Part shown: piece after piece, positions 10,662 to 23,061 of the stretch
How the letters are laid out: every line of letters begins with the position of its first letter
Numbering within the stretch: position 1 is the stretch's first letter
NCBI GenBank assembly: GCA_946965045.2
Contig: OX337242.1
Location: forward strand, 2,418,001-2,482,000
DNA: 64,000 nt
Reading direction: 5' to 3'
From: Epithemia pelagica
Lineage: Eukaryota > Protista > Bacillariophyta
The notes under the pieces: generated by a model
The model's input: only the letters and a program-made list of their open reading frames with translations
What the model was told of the DNA's origin: nothing
The model's database searches: none
Position numbers and translations under genes: made by a program

Positions 10662-12640
10662 TTATCCTTGGTCACTTCCGGACTCGTTGCGGTGATCGAG
10701 TTGAACCGGGGAGTCAGGAATAATGGTAGCTTCCTTGTCTTGCTCGTAGTCCTCAGCAAAGTACTGGTCAGGTGAGTATTGGGAAGGTAGTTGCACGAAG
10801 TCCTGGTCCAGCTTGAGGTCCTGGAATAGGAGAGGGTCGGTTACCCCCAAGCGCCGGGTGAGTTTTGAATCCCGCCTGAGTCGGAGAAAATATGCATTCG
10901 TGTTCTCACCCCCATGGCGCGTCCTCCAAATTTGGCGATTTCTCGAGGTTGATACAAATCCATTTTCACCTCCACAGTTCCACCGTGGACCCAACCGAGT
11001 GAGGTCCAGTGCATCGGCAATTGGAGCTGCTACAGCGCACCTGCTTGCAGGCCTGTTTTATAGCCACTACTGAAGGGCCTCGGCTATTGAACTCCCACCG
11101 AAACATTGCTGTTGTGTCTGCCAGACTGCCACACTCAAGCACCATTTCCACCATCATGACTGGAAGCAACGACGTGTCTATAAACCCACAAGACAACCAC
11201 ATTTCCCTCCACCAACCCTCTTCGCATTCGCCCACCACTCCCTCTTTCCAATTGCCGCTATGGGAACGGGCCATCCTCCTTTCATACCACTACAAGGTTG
11301 GAATACACTCATTTCAACTCTGCCACAACAAATTTATCACAACAATCCACCAGATGTGGTCGTTACCTATCTGTTGGGTGCGACTGTATTAATCCTGATG
11401 GATCTGCATTTGTTTTTAACTTGGACCGTCCCCTGTTGCAATTGGCCTTGATCTCAGGCCTCGTGTTGCATCCCTGTTCGGCTTGGCGAAAGTTGCAACT
11501 CTTGATCAATACCCCGAAATCACGTGCCAATTAGTTATTCTTGCCTCTGAAGGAACAACAACTTGTATTAACCTTTTTGGGAGAAGACTACAAGGAGGAA
11601 GAGGAAGCTACCAACAAAGCAATGAAGAGCTCCAAATTGGTTTCAAGTACGTTGTGTCGGATTTCCACCATGGCCGTCGCATTTTCCGATCGATTAAAGA
11701 GTTTGAGTCGCAATGAAGAGGAAAAGAATTTCTAGTAAGCGATCACCACCAATGGAGGACAAGTACCGGCACTGGAAACGACCAATCATGGTTCCTCAAC
11801 CATATCCCAAATTGTGGCTGATTATTGTGTACTCTTTGTCTTCGTTTTGCATCCACTTTCATACCAAGCCAAGATAGAAAAACAACAATAAGACAAATAA
11901 TGAACCATTTGCTTGGTTTTTGCCCAGCCACTACCGGTAGCTCCTCTTGGAATTGGCAATTGTAATAAGTTGTTTTGCTGTCTGATTGTTGCATGATCAC
12001 AGATGCTGATTATTATGTTGTTTCATTCGCTGATTGTTGCGTATCCTTCGCTGTTGTCTTTGCTAGGATCATGGCCATGTTTCTGCCATGAAGCAGACTG
12101 TGGTTGATTGTCATCAAGTCATTGTCTTTATCTCTGACTTCTCCTGACTCACCATCTGTCGATGCAGCCACATATGGTTGATTGTTGTGCTATTTTCGTC
12201 TTAGTCGTCTTCCTTCTTATGATTTATGTTGTACTCCTCTCGTACGGTTACACCCGCAACGGAAGAAGAGAAAGGAAACAGGGAAACACCGGGTTTGGGC
12301 GATGAATTGTTCTGTGAGACAGGAGTGAAAGTTTTGGCGATTTACCTCTCCCTTGAACCCTCTCCTGTGGATACCATCGATGCTCCAGAGTATCATCGCG
12401 CCCCGTAAGGTTCTCTTGGTGTGGTATGAGCGACACAGTGTCATTTGTGGGAAGACATGGACATGATGGAGATCGATTTGGGACCCCTACACCTTCACCA
12501 CCGTGATGACAGTGGGGAGATGCTTGGCATTTTGTATCAACACCGAGAGCTCAGGATCGCGCCATGGGGGTGAGTATACGAAAGCCCTTTTTAAGTGCGA
12601 CTCAATACTCGCCCGGCGCTTGGGGGTAGAGGGTCGGTGA
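10662..12640 (-). pseudogene. Degenerate, rearranged ORF0 homolog in the leader of element A
   Basis: PSTPKRR...DPE near 12640-12540 and LP..DQY..QDKEATIIP..SDQG-stop at about 10800-10662 match ORF0 of B and C. The stop context AGTGACCAAG(G/A)ATAAGTAACTTT is shared with B. Confidence 0.5.
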
Positions 12641-12779
12641 CCCTAGCCTCAGCCAGGCTGGCCCCGTTGTTGGGTTGGGTAGTTTTGTCCTCTAACTCTT
12701 GTTTTTTGGGGTAGCTCAATCTGTAATGGGTGTAGATGGGTAAGTAAGGTATCCAATGCAACTGCAGGGCAATGAGCGA

Positions 12780-12793
12780 TGAGATTGTTAATC
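12780..12793 (-). promoter_or_regulatory. Primer-binding site of element A (GATTAACAATCTCA)
   Basis: Lies immediately after the 5' LTR end and differs by one base from the PBS of B and C. Confidence 0.75.
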
Positions 12794-13526
12794 TAGCAGA
12801 ACTCTCATTGAGAATTCAGAAGGGTAATAGGTAGTTGGGTAAAAGGCTCGCTGAGCCAACAATCGATCACCAACCGATACAACAATCCTCCACGGGTCAG
12901 AGAAGAGTTGCAAGTCGAAGTCTGCCGTGGCTGGAGGCAGTTGGTCCACTAATAAGAGGTTAGTCTTAAGATGTGATGAAAGGTGATATTATTGATTGTG
13001 AGATGATTACTAACTAAGGTGTTTGATGAAGGTCGAGGTCCTGGCTCTTGTATACGGCCATGGATCTGGTGTGATAGGTCCTCAAATGGTTGGAGTAGAC
13101 CTGCATTGTTGTATTGAAAGTATATGCAGTTGTATATCATATACCAATGCCAACAGATCTTGCTTTGTTGTGATATAGGTAGTTTTCTTGGCGCGTTGTT
13201 GATTGCATTCTTGGAATTGTGGGAATGGAAATATGGTCTCGCGTGATCGTGATTCGTGCTTTGATTACTTAGGTCGTTGAGGTAAGTCGTGGAGGTGCTC
13301 ACTAGGATCGTGATTGCGCGCGCTTGAGAATATTGGGCGCGCACGTGATGGGCCATAGTCAATATCCGAGCGGTCGCCGATAGCGCGTACATTGCGAGCA
13401 TGCCTTGGCCAAAATTATAGGTCCGCGAGCATGCCGTCATTCTTTTCTCACTTTTACACAAATGTCATTGGATGCCATAAAATACTAGCATCAGTTGATG
13501 TGTTGTAGATTCCACCACCACCTAGT
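12794..13526 (-). repeat. 5' LTR of element A, missing its first 20 bp
   Basis: Matches 6460-7192 with two substitutions seen by eye. Confidence 0.92.
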
Positions 13527-14208
13527 CGTTACAAAAAGCCGCCGGCCGCAAATCCTGGTGAATCTTCTTCAACGAATAGTGAAGTCTGAAACAAAGGAAA
13601 AGATGAATTGACTACGACTGCTCCCGAGACGAATTGGGTGGTGGTTGTTCCTGTGAGTAATCTTCAAACACACACAGGCGAGAAACCTCCCTACCCTTGT
13701 ACTATGCCCATTACCTGCGAAAGTGTCCTCAATTGGTATGATAGTGTTTTCCAAGACAAATCAGGAAAATGGACAAAAGTGGCTGTAACACATGGTGGCC
13801 ATTCTGTGAAGATATTCCTACCGATCTGTTATTCGCCTGCATTCCAAGACATCCTCTGTCATTCAGTTTTCTGTTTCACAAGAATTACCAGCGAGATGGA
13901 TGATCATGATGACAAATTGACTCCTCTGACCGCTCGATTGTTGATATATAAGTAAATTCTATTTTTAAGACTATGACCGCTCGATTGTTGTTTAAGAAGA
14001 CCCTCTACGGTCCTATTTCCAATATTTCGAACCAGGTATTTGGGACGACAATGTCAGACGGTGGTGACGATTTGAGGCATACCTTTGTCAAATTCCTTTC
14101 CTCCCATGGATTGATCTCTAAGAAAACAGAGAGAGGAATTGTTGGGATTGGAGAAGCGTTGAAGCAATACCTCCTACAGGATTCATCTCTTTACAGGAAA
14201 CCACGTCC
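13527..14208 (+). pseudogene. Truncated inverted paralog of the 528-2832 gene
   Basis: The translation MPITCESVLNWYDSVFQDKSGKWT...LYRKPR matches the 388-aa ORF. It has an early stop, a short internal duplication near 13925-13990, and is cut off by the satellite. Confidence 0.85.
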
Positions 14209-14212
14209 ATTC

Positions 14213-14775
14213 GAGTTCTAGAAGCGTGTTTTTGCTCCATGTCCATGGATTTTTGGGACGACGACAACGCCGCACCCGTAGGGTCTATTACAAGACTTTC
14301 GGTTGATGATAGACAAGTTCAGAGCCTTTGCCATCCGTGCCTATGATAACTCAAGGGTCTCTACAAAAATTTGGAGTCATTTGAGTTCTAGAAGCATGTC
14401 TTTGCTCCATGTCCATGGAAGTTTGGGACGACGACAACGCCGCACCGGTAGGGTCTATTGCAAGGCTTTCAGTTGATGATACACAAGTTCAGAGCCTTTG
14501 CCATCCATGCCTTTGATACCGCAAGGGTCTCTACGAAACTTTGGAGTCATTTGAGTTCTAGAAGTATGTCTTTGCTCCATGTCCATGGAATTTTGGGACA
14601 ACGACAACGCCGCACCAGAGGGGTCTATAACAAGACTTTCGGTTGATGATAGACAAGTTCAGAGCCTTTGCCATCCATGCCTATGATACCGCAAGGGTCT
14701 CTACGAAACTTTGGAGTCATTTGAGTTCTAGAAGCATGTCTTTGCTCCATGTCCATGGAATTTTGGGACGACGAC
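14213..14775. repeat. 170-bp tandem satellite (3.3 units here; the fourth unit resumes at 31342-31366 after element B)
   Basis: GAGTTCTAGAAG recurs at 14213, 14383, 14553 and 14723. Confidence 0.92.
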
Positions 14776-15533
14776 TGTTAGGATTCTCACCGAAAACTAG
14801 GTGGCGAAACCTACAACTCATCGAATGATGCTAGTATTTTATGGCATCCGATGACATTTTCCTAAAAGTGAGAAAAGAATGTCGGCATGCTCGCGAAACT
14901 ATAAATTTGGCCACGGCATGCTCGCATTGCACGCGTTATCGGCGACCGCTTGGATATTAACTATGGCCCAACAAGTGCGCGCCCAAAACTATCAAGTGCG
15001 CGCCTCTACTATCCGAGTACGCGCATCCACGATTCGACCTAACGGTCTATGTAATCAAAGCACGAATCACGATCACGCGAGACCATATCTCTGTTCCCAC
15101 AAATCCAAGAATGCAAACAGCAACGCGCCCAGGACAAGACTTATACCACGACAAAGCAAGAGCTGTTGCATCCCATACATGTTATCCATCACCCTATACA
15201 TTCAATATACACCAATGCCGGTCTACTCCAACCAGTGAGGACCTATCACACCAGATCCATGGCCGTATACAAGAGCCAGGACTTCGGCACCATCAACCAC
15301 CTTAGTTAGTAATCGTCTCACAATCATTAATATCACCATTTTAACACTCATCTTAAGACTAACCTCTTATCAGTGGACCGACTGCCCCCACCCACGGCGG
15401 ACTTCGACTTGCAACTCTTCTCTGACCCGTGGAGGATTGTTGTATCGGTTGGTGATTCGATTGTCGGCTCAGCGAGCCTTTTACCTATCCTACCTATCTG
15501 TCTAACCCCCGTTGAATCGAGAGAAGTTTATCA
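14776..15533 (+). repeat. 5' LTR of element B (758 bp)
   Basis: Matches 22195-22242 plus 30632-31341, with about six substitutions seen by eye. Confidence 0.95.
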
Positions 15534-15547
15534 GATTAACAGTCTCA
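15534..15547 (+). promoter_or_regulatory. Primer-binding site of element B (GATTAACAGTCTCA)
   Basis: Lies directly after the LTR-terminal CA and is identical to the PBS of C. Confidence 0.8.
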
Positions 15548-15571
15548 TCGTTTATTTCCGAAAAGCTTTCG

Positions 15572-16327
15572 ATGTCTCACGACGATTCCAACCTCTCTAT
15601 TCGACACATCTTTCATTCCTTCCAACAAAGCGGGGAGGAACTCCATCCACCCGTGTCCCATCCGGGCGAGCCTTTGATTGAAACTCCGAAACAGACCCCG
15701 ACTCAGGCCAGTGCTCCGAATCCCTTCCAGACACCGGACCAAGTGGTCCAGCCTCCTTCGATTCCGACTCACCCTTCGACTCCGCCTCGCCGTTTGAACC
15801 CTACTCGCACCCGACGTACGAGCCGTCTTCTTACTGCGCATATCCGACACTTCCGCGAGCCGACTGAGTCGACTACCGACCCCGACGTGATCCGTTCCAC
15901 AACCGAACGCGAGATCGATTTCCAGTCCGTCCAACCCGTGACTGACATTGAGGACATCCAACGACTTCTCGACCTCTTGTACCAGTGCTCGAGACGCCGT
16001 TTCATTGTCCAAGCCCTGTTGGGCAACCCTGTGGAACCCATCCGTATTCGATTCATCTCCTTTGAACGTCCAACCAACTACTTCCACACCATCTGGATCG
16101 TCAACTCGACGACGAATCCGCTACCTACCCCGACTACTCGTCTCGACGAGTACGTCTCCTTTGTTCACGAGATCCATCTCTGCCAGGATTTCCGTGCGAC
16201 TATCTACCCTCTCTTCACTCAACACGTGAACCACTTGTTGGAAGACGACGACGTTGAAGAACTAGCCACTACAGTGACCGATTCCGCATCTCGTCTTCAG
16301 TACCGAGCCGAAAGTGACCAAGAATAA
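15572..16327 (+). CDS. Extra ORF (ORF0, 251 aa) between the PBS and gag of element B; function unknown
   Basis: ATG at 15572. It aligns without gaps to ORF0 of C at 86/156 identities by hand count. Confidence 0.8.
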   Translation: MSHDDSNLSIRHIFHSFQQSGEELHPPVSHPGEPLIETPKQTPTQASAPNPFQTPDQVVQPPSIPTHPSTPPRRLNPTRTRRTSRLLTAHIRHFREPTESTTDPDVIRSTTEREIDFQSVQPVTDIEDIQRLLDLLYQCSRRRFIVQALLGNPVEPIRIRFISFERPTNYFHTIWIVNSTTNPLPTPTTRLDEYVSFVHEIHLCQDFRATIYPLFTQHVNHLLEDDDVEELATTVTDSASRLQYRAESDQE

Positions 16328-16519
16328 GTAACTTTACGTAGTTTCTACACCAAACCAGACACAAAACCGAGTTCCGCACATCCGGGTTCCAAGCACATCA
16401 CACAACCGGGTACCTACATACGTGTCACATCCGGGTTCTTTTCACACCGGTTAAATAAAATTTTCGCAAGGATATCACGCTACACACTGTGATAACAGCT
16501 GAACCATACAAGTACTATC

Positions 16520-19500
16520 ATGGAAGCGACACCTCCCAAGACACCGTTTACTCCTCCTGAGGACAAGTCAAGTCATATAACCAACCAAGATCTCTTCGAC
16601 CATATAACTAAAGGCATCTTTGGTTGTAATGATGAACGAGCCCAATCACTTCAAAAGTGGATGCGACATCATGGTTTTGAACATATCCTTCATGTCCTCG
16701 ACCATGTTGCAACTGATCCCGAGGAGACACTCAAGGATCTCATGCAATACAAGGTTGGAAAACAAGTCAACGACCTACAGACAAGTACAAGATTACAACT
16801 CAAACTAATGGCATATTGGTTACTACAACAACGGCAACTCCAACATGGAAAACTACCCCGTGCTACATGGATGAACCTCACGAGGGACCAATATGACGAT
16901 TGGAGGATCAACACCGACTTTACCAAGTCTGGTATGAACCAAGACCCAGTTTCTCCTCTGAAATCACCTGCACACTCCGTATCATCCCGATCTCCCACTA
17001 CATCCTCTACAACATCTCAATCCATGTTAGATCTCTCTGCTTTCAAGAAAGGAACCAAAAGAGATGCAACAGCATTTGAATCATTCAAAGACGAACGATA
17101 CTTTGATTCGTTTTGGCGTGTATTCAAATCAACTGCGAAAGCACAAGGATTGTCGAATGTTCTTGATTTCAATTATAAGGTACCCAAGGATGACGGATGC
17201 GCAGAGTTACTTTTCCGAGAACAACAAGTCTTTGTCTATTCTGTACTTGTACGTATTATCCAAACCGACCAAGGAAGAGCATATGTTCGAGAACATGAAC
17301 ATGATGAAGATGCAAGAGCCGTCTTGGAGAAACTCCATGTTCTACACACTGAATCTGATCTAGCTAAGCGAGAAGTGTTACGCCTAACAAGCTACATTTC
17401 GAATCTTCGACTGGATGACTCTTGGCGTGGTACAACTCGTCAGTTTCTCCTACATTTTCAAGAACAGCTACGACTTCTGGATAACCTTGTACCACTGTCG
17501 GATCGTATCCATGACCATACAAGGATGACCTTCCTTATGCAAGCTGTTGAAAAGGTACCTGATTTAAGACGAGTCAAGATCTTGGATAACGTTGTCAACA
17601 CAAAATCTGGAGCCAAGTCTCTCTGTTATCAATCATATTTCCGCCTGCTTCTTGATGCTGCTTTTGACCATGACCAAGCTACCCGAACTTCTGCGTCTAA
17701 CCGCCGTCGTCATGTAAAGCAACATGAATTTCAGTTGGATGAACCTTTTGAACCAGTGGAGCCCCCTGACTACCAGATCAACAACACGAATATCCAATCC
17801 GAAAAGTCCCCAACTTCGTCGAAAATCAGCCTTCCAAGAGATGTATGGTTTAAACTCTCTGAAGAGGATCGGCAAATCATTGTCGACTTCAATAAATCCG
17901 TCCAAGATTCCCCGACAACTCCACGCAAGGTCCAAACACATCCTCTTGACATTGATCCTGAACCGGACCCTGATCCTGATGCCAACAACATTGGTGATAC
18001 CCATCAAGATGCACCAGAACAAGATCCATTTGATACATCCTCTGATCTGGTTACCCAGTTCGTATACCAGGCTATTGCATCAACAGATATCAATCATCCA
18101 GCATCTGACCTCAGCAACATCTTGTCAACTTCTACGACAAAGTCAAGTCCTAAAGTCAAGTTCAAGTCTTCTGCCGATCACAAGCAAAAGGTTCATATGT
18201 CACGATATCTATTCTCCCGCAAATCCACCTTTTCTGGTAATCAACTCATCGATCGAGGTGCCAATGGAGGCCTTGCAGGATCTGACATGCGTATCCTTGC
18301 CAAAACCGGACGTCATATTACCATCGTAGGTATTGACAATCATGAATTGACTGGCCTTCCAGTTGTTACCTGTGCTGCCAAGTTTGATACAAGTGATGGA
18401 CCCATTATTGGTATCTTCAATGAGTATGCCCACTATGGAAAGGGTTTATCTATCCATGCCCCAGCGCAATTTGAACATTTCGGCCTATCTGTCGACGAAC
18501 GATCCGTCAAGGTTGATGGCAAACAACGCATTACTACCCTTGATGGACGTGCATTGCCCTTATGAATCAAGGATGGCCTTGCATACATTCAATCTCTGGG
18601 AATCCCTTCTGATGACGATATGGATAAATGTCCGCATATTGTGTTCACTTCACCCCATATCTGGGATCCTTCTGTACTTGACCATACCCATCCAGACCCC
18701 CATCAAGACCCTGCACCGAACTGGACATCTGTGGAGACTGATGGTAGTATGGAAACGTACCCCTATGACCAATATGGGGAGTATACCGATCGCGTTGTAT
18801 GCACTTTGAATCTCCTCCTTGATCTCCCATATGATCATGGCCCCGATACACCTTCCTTCTTTTCCATCTATGCTGATCAAGATGGCAACGACCCCACACT
18901 TCATGCGTCTGTCCACAAACTCTACAAGGAACAATACGACTGGAAGAAATTTCGCCCTTTCTTTGGGTGGCAATCGGAAGACGTAATCGCCGATACGTTC
19001 AAGCATACAACTCGTCATGGACACATTTCCTTTGACCAGGATACCTTGAAGAAACACTTTAAGGCCCGGAATCCTATCCTTAACCTACCACGACGGCATG
19101 AACCCGTTGCCACTGACTCCATCTTCTCCGACACCCCGGCTGTTAACCATGGTGGCAAGATTGCTCAGATTTTTGTTGGTCGTGATACTTTGGTTACTGA
19201 CATTTATGGTATCAAGTCTACCAAGCAATTCGTCAATACCCTCCAGGATAACATTCGTACACGTGGTGTCATGGAGACTTTGATCAGTGATGGTGGTTCG
19301 TCACTTATTTCCCACAAGGTCAAGGATATTCTTCGCACCCTTCTGATTGGTGAATACCGTTCCGAGCCCTATCATCAACACCAGAACAAAGCTGAGAACC
19401 GCTACCAGACCGTTAAGCGTATGACCAATGCTATCATGAATGCCTCTGGTTGCCCTGCTTCTGCATGGTTACTTTGTTTAGAATATGTGTGTGACCTCCT

Positions 19501-22200
19501 CAATCACACTTCCTCTCCCACCCACTCTGGCCGCACCCCTCTTGAGGCTCTTACCGGTACCCCACCCGACATTACCCATCTCCTTTTCTTTCCTTTCTGG
19601 GATGAGGTCTACTATCGTGTCGACCCTTCTGAACCTACCTCCGGTTCTTACCCTTCGTCTCCCGACGAGAAGATTGGCCACTGGGTTGGTTTTGCCCACA
19701 ATGTTGGTGATGCCTTTACTTGGAAGATCCTCACTGCCGACAACGTCATCATCTACCGTTCCGCTGTCCGTCGCGTTGCCTCCACTACCCCCAACCTTCG
19801 TGTGGATATCTCTTCAGGGGAGGAGTCGCCGCATAAACCCACTGACAAGCAAGGTGACACTGTCTTTATTCGCAGCAGAAGTGAAGACCCATCCACACCT
19901 ATGCCAACAATTGACTACGACGATTTAGTTGGACGCACATTCCTTTGTGACACTGAAGAGAATGGGGAGCGCCACCGAGCACGAGTAATCAAACGAGTTG
20001 TCGACCTGGAACAAGATGCAACCAAACAAGAAGATCGACTCAAATATATCTTTCGCAAGTCTAACTCCAATGTTGATGAGATGATCTCCTACAACCAGCT
20101 CATGGAATACATTGAAAGGGATAATCAAGCCCAAATGACAGGGGATAGTCTCTTCCGATTCAGAGACGTTATTGCACACCAAGGACCTTTGAACTCAAGC
20201 GACCCAGACTATAAAGGGAGTAAATATAATGTCCTTGTTGATTGGGAGACTGGGGAGACGACATACCAACCTCTATCTCTTATTGCAAATGATGACCCCA
20301 TCACAGTCGCCATCTATGCCAAGAAAAATGGTTTGCTGGATCTACCTGGATGGAAACATCTCAAGCGATACGTCAAGACAAGCAAAAGACTCATTCGAGC
20401 AGCTAAACAATCCAGGATCAAACAAGTTCGTCGCTCTATCAAGTACAAGTTTGGTTTCCAAGTACCTCGCACCTATGAAGAAGCAGTGGAACTAGACAAG
20501 CAATTTGGGAACACGAAATGGCAAGACGCAACAGAATTGGAACTCTCACAGATCCAATCGTATAACACTTTCAAGGACCATGAAAAGCCAAGTTCATTAA
20601 TGGGAAATTGGCTAATGCACCAGAAGGATATCATAAGATAAGAGTACATCTGGTCTTTGATGTCAAGCATGACGGAAGGCACAAGGCACGACTTGTCGCA
20701 GATGGACATCTCACCAAGGAACCCGTTGAGACCATCTATTCAGGGGTTGTCTCCATTCGCAACCTTCGCATTGCCATATTTCTTGGAACCATGAACAACA
20801 TGGAAATATGGGGAGCAGATATTGGGAACGCATACCTAGAAGCATTGACAGGAGAGAAGATTTTCATCATTGCAGGACCAGAGTTCAAGGAGTTAGAAGG
20901 ACATATCTTGATCATCTACAAGGCATTATATGGTCTCAAATCCTCAGGTGCTCGCTGGCATGACAAACTGTTTGATGTTCTCATTGATATGGGATTTTCT
21001 CCAAGCAAGGCTGACCCTGATATTTGGATGAAGAAGGCTCCTGGAGAAGACTGTTATGAATATATCGCTGTCTATGTTGATGACTTAGCTATCGTTGCCA
21101 TGGACCCTGAAGCTGTCTGCAAGATCTTTACAGAAAAATACAACTTCAAACTCAAAGGAGTCGGACCTATTGAGTATCATTTGGGGTGTCGTTATACCAA
21201 AGATCCAGACGGTACACTTGTGTCTGACCCACGAAGGTACATCGAGAAGATGATGGATACCTATGAACGATTGTTCAATGAGAAACCCAAGAAAGCAAAG
21301 CCGCCAGTCATTGCTAACGATCATCCTGAACTCGATGACTCTGAGCTCTTAGATGAAGAAGGGACCCAGCATTTCCAGACTCTTATTGGACAACTGCAAT
21401 GGCTAATTACCATTGGCCGTTTTGATGTCTTTCCTGCTACCATGACTCTATCAAGGTTCAGAGCTGCTCCAAGGATTGGTCATTTGAAGCGAGCTAAACG
21501 CATCTATGGATACCTCATGTCATTTCCTGATGGGTCTATCAGATTCCGCACTGGGGAGCCAGATTTATCAGCTTTACCTATCCAAGAATACGATTGGAGT
21601 CGTACCGTATACATGGACGCCAAGGAACGTATCCCTGAGGACTGTCCAACCCCACTTGGGCGTTTTGTGACAACTATACATTATGTCGACGCAAATCTCA
21701 TGCATGATATGGTTACTGGGAAAGCAGTTACAGCCATCCTGCATTTTGTAAATGGTACACCCGTGGACTGGTACAGTAAGCGACAAGCCACAGTGGAAAC
21801 AGCCACGTATGGATCTGAATTTGTTGCCGCAAGGACTGCAGTTGATCAGATCACGGAGCTACGCCTTACACTCCGATACTTGGGAGTCCCTCTGCGAGAG
21901 AAGAGTTACATGTTTGGAGATAACCGCTCTGTCGTTATCAATAGCACCACACCACACTCAATCATCTCCAAGAGGCACCATCTCCTATCCTATCACCGAG
22001 TCCGTGAAGCTATCGCTGCAAAGTACGTCGAATTCTACTGGAAAGATGGAAAGACAAACCCAGCTGATATCCTCAGTAAACATTGGGAATTCGCCGCAGT
22101 TTGGCCCATGCTCAGATCTTTGTTATTCTGGAGAGGAAAAATCCAGGAAAGTGATGAGGGAATTGACAATCCTCATTCGACGAATTGTGGGGAGTGTTAG
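16520..22200 (+). pseudogene. gag-pol of element B, with an in-frame TGA (18563-18565) and a 1-bp deletion near 20583
   Basis: Motifs LIDRGANGG (PR), TDSIF/ISDGG/AENRY (INT), YVDDL (RT) and YVDAN/SEF/GDN (RNase H). The ORF pieces are colinear with C. Confidence 0.93.
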
Positions 22201-22242
22201 GATTCTCACCGAAAACTAGGTGGCGAAACCTACAACTCATCG
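22195..22242 (+). repeat. First 48 bp of the 3' LTR of B (interrupted by C)
   Basis: Identical to 14776-14823. Confidence 0.93.
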
Positions 22243-23025
22243 TGTTAGAATTCTCACCGTCTATGGTGGTTAGATTCTACATCTCATCGATTCCCCATGT
22301 CACATAGCCTCGTGCTATCGCATCATGCCCTCTAGCTTCGAGCTATGTTTCCTAGCTTCGCGCTATATCGACCTATATTTCTTCGCAAATCATGAAAAGT
22401 GAGAATAGATTGACGAACTCACTCTCAAGACTAAACTGGGTCGTGCGGTATTACAACGGACGTAAATTTGGCCGTTGCTCGGACATTATACTAACGCCCT
22501 AAGCGTACGCGCCCGAAATCATCGAGCGCGCCCAAGCGACATCCGAGCGCTATCGGCATCTATCCGACCCAACGGTCTAAGTATCCCAAGCACGACACAC
22601 GATCACGCGAGACCATATTTCCATTCCCACAATCTCCAAATTGTCAACAAGCTGCGCGCCATGAAAACAACTATGCCAACCCAAAGCAAGAGCTGTTGAC
22701 CCTGTATATGTTATCCGCCCACATATACATGTCATATACATCACATGAATCAACTCCAACTATTCCAAACCTGTTGCCGCCAAGAACCTATGACACATGA
22801 CCCTTGGCAGGACCGAACATTTCACGTAGACCTATTGTAGTAATCAACACACAATCTAACAATATCACCATTTATCACATCCTCTTTTGTGTCCCGACTA
22901 TCCTTCTGATAGACTTCGACTTGCTTGCTTCTCTGACCCTGAGAAGCTTGTATCGGTTGGTGACCTACCTGATTGTCTGCTCTACCGAGCATCAATGTCC
23001 CTACGATTCAGAAAGAATTGTAACA
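22243..23025 (+). repeat. 5' LTR of element C
   Basis: Runs TGTTAGAATTCTC...TTGTAACA and repeats at 29844-30626. Confidence 0.97.
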
Positions 23026-23039
23026 GATTAACAGTCTCA
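23026..23039 (+). promoter_or_regulatory. Primer-binding site of element C (GATTAACAGTCTCA)
   Basis: Lies directly after the LTR, and B and C diverge immediately after these 14 nt. Confidence 0.8.
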
Positions 23040-23061
23040 AAGCTTATTTCCTTGTGGTTTC

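Larger units (their letters stand above)
6460..13526 (-). mobile_element. Ty1/copia LTR retrotransposon A (non-autonomous, CoDi-like)
   Basis: Paired LTRs, a PBS at 12780-12793, a GTGGGGAG PPT at 7213-7220 and a degenerate gag-pol. No TSD is recoverable because the 5' LTR start is deleted. Confidence 0.92.

Noticed and set aside
14879-15238. ORFs within the LTRs (119 aa in B, 170 aa in A, 74 aa in C) sharing HDHARPY
   Set aside because: A-versus-B differences are mostly non-synonymous and the ORF lengths differ, so the similarity reflects LTR DNA conservation.
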